From assembly GCA_965213705.1 (NCBI GenBank), contig OZ243913.1:992001-1056000 (forward strand): a stretch of 64,000 nucleotides of DNA, in the 5' to 3' direction. Under the pieces are notes generated by a model. The model was not told the DNA's origin. It saw nothing but the letters and a program-made list of their open reading frames with translations, and ran no database searches. This document shows, one piece after another, positions 63,157 through 64,000 of this stretch. The DNA comes from Trueperaceae bacterium (GTDB taxonomy: Bacteria; Deinococcota; Deinococci; Deinococcales; Trueperaceae). The stretch's first letter is position 1. Each line of letters begins with the position of its first letter. The position numbers and the translations under genes were made by a program.

Positions 63157-64000
63157 TCAACTCCCCGTTTGCCACACGGGTATGGACGTGACGACCTCAC
63201 CCCGCTCGTAGACGCTCAAAAAGGCGGTGACGACCTCTGGGTCGAACTGGGTGCCGGCCTGAGCTTCGATTTTGCTTACGGCCTCCAGCAAAGAGCAGGC
63301 TCGCTGGTGAACCCGGTCGTGCGTGAGCGCGTCGAGCGTGTCGGCGACTGCGAAAATGCGGCTTTCTATGGGAATGTCGCCCCCGGCGAGGCCGTTCGGA
63401 TAGCCCGCCCCGTCCCAACGCTCGTGGTGGGTCAGCGCAATGGTTTCGGCCAGCTTCATCAGGGGTGACTGTCCACCCGACAACAGCTGCGCGCCCACAG
63501 TGGTGTGGGTCTTGACGACGTCGAACTCCGGTGGGGTGAGGCGTGAGGGCTTCATCAAAATACCGTCGGGAATGGCGATTTTGCCGACGTCGTGGAGCCG
63601 GGCGGCGCGCACCAAGAGTTCGACCCGAGGGCGCTCCAAACCCAACTGGCTGCCTATTTGTCCGGTGAGCTGGGACACGCGCCAGACGTGTTCGCCGCTC
63701 TGGTCGTCACGGTACTCGGACGCGCGCGCCAAACGGACCAACATCTCGACTTGCGAGTGCTCCAACTGCCGAGTACGCTCGGCGACGAGCGTTTCCAAAA
63801 GGTCGTTGTTTTTGGCGAGCCGCTGCTGAAACCGCCGGGCTTCCAACAGGTTGCAGACCCGCAAAATCACCTCGGTCGAGTCGAAGGGTTTGTTGATGAA
63901 GTCTTTCGCGCCGCTCGCCAAGGCCTGCTTTTTAGTCGTCGCGCGCTCGTCGGCGGTGAGCATGAGGATGGGAAAATACTCGCCCGCTTTGTCTTTAAGA
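63157..64000 (-). CDS. response regulator with HD-GYP phosphodiesterase domain (5' end outside the window)
   Basis: PILMLTA...GAKDFINKPF; HV.RV, LHDVGK, HHERWDG.GYP.GL, GTQFDP. Confidence 0.93.
   Translation of the reverse strand, partial: LKDKAGEYFPILMLTADERATTKKQALASGAKDFINKPFDSTEVILRVCNLLEARRFQQRLAKNNDLLETLVAERTRQLEHSQVEMLVRLARASEYRDDQSGEHVWRVSQLTGQIGSQLGLERPRVELLVRAARLHDVGKIAIPDGILMKPSRLTPPEFDVVKTHTTVGAQLLSGGQSPLMKLAETIALTHHERWDGAGYPNGLAGGDIPIESRIFAVADTLDALTHDRVHQRACSLLEAVSKIEAQAGTQFDPEVVTAFLSVYERGEVVTSIPVWQTGS

Overview
GC-rich bacterial chromosome segment, most likely Deinococcota (Truepera-like). This assignment is inferred from the gene content and from many leaderless genes with TANNNT 5-8 nt before the start codon. 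The backbone is housekeeping and metabolic: M20, M3 and M29 peptidases, RluA, AlkA, a phenylacetate-type ABC uptake system with paaK, a P450, typA, dps, acuBC, sucAB and efp-accB-accC-asp23-nusB. It is interrupted by at least 8 small (0.3-2 kb) accessory islets carrying six complete type II toxin-antitoxin pairs, orphan antitoxins, immunity-like genes, an AbiJ-like protein and one IS5. The most notable observations are: (1) a ~1 kb integrase-less islet in tRNA-Ala(GGC), bounded by a perfect 47-bp att repeat, holding a phage-like divergent promoter and an Xre-antitoxin/MazF pair; (2) TA islets flanked by diverged duplicates of neighbouring gene ends; (3) pervasive over-representation of the palindrome CTCGAG; (4) an EL222-like LOV-LuxR photoreceptor bracketed by heptamer repeats; (5) a two-component/ABC locus collapsed by deletions into chimeric ORFs. 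All product calls are motif recognition by eye; no searches were run.
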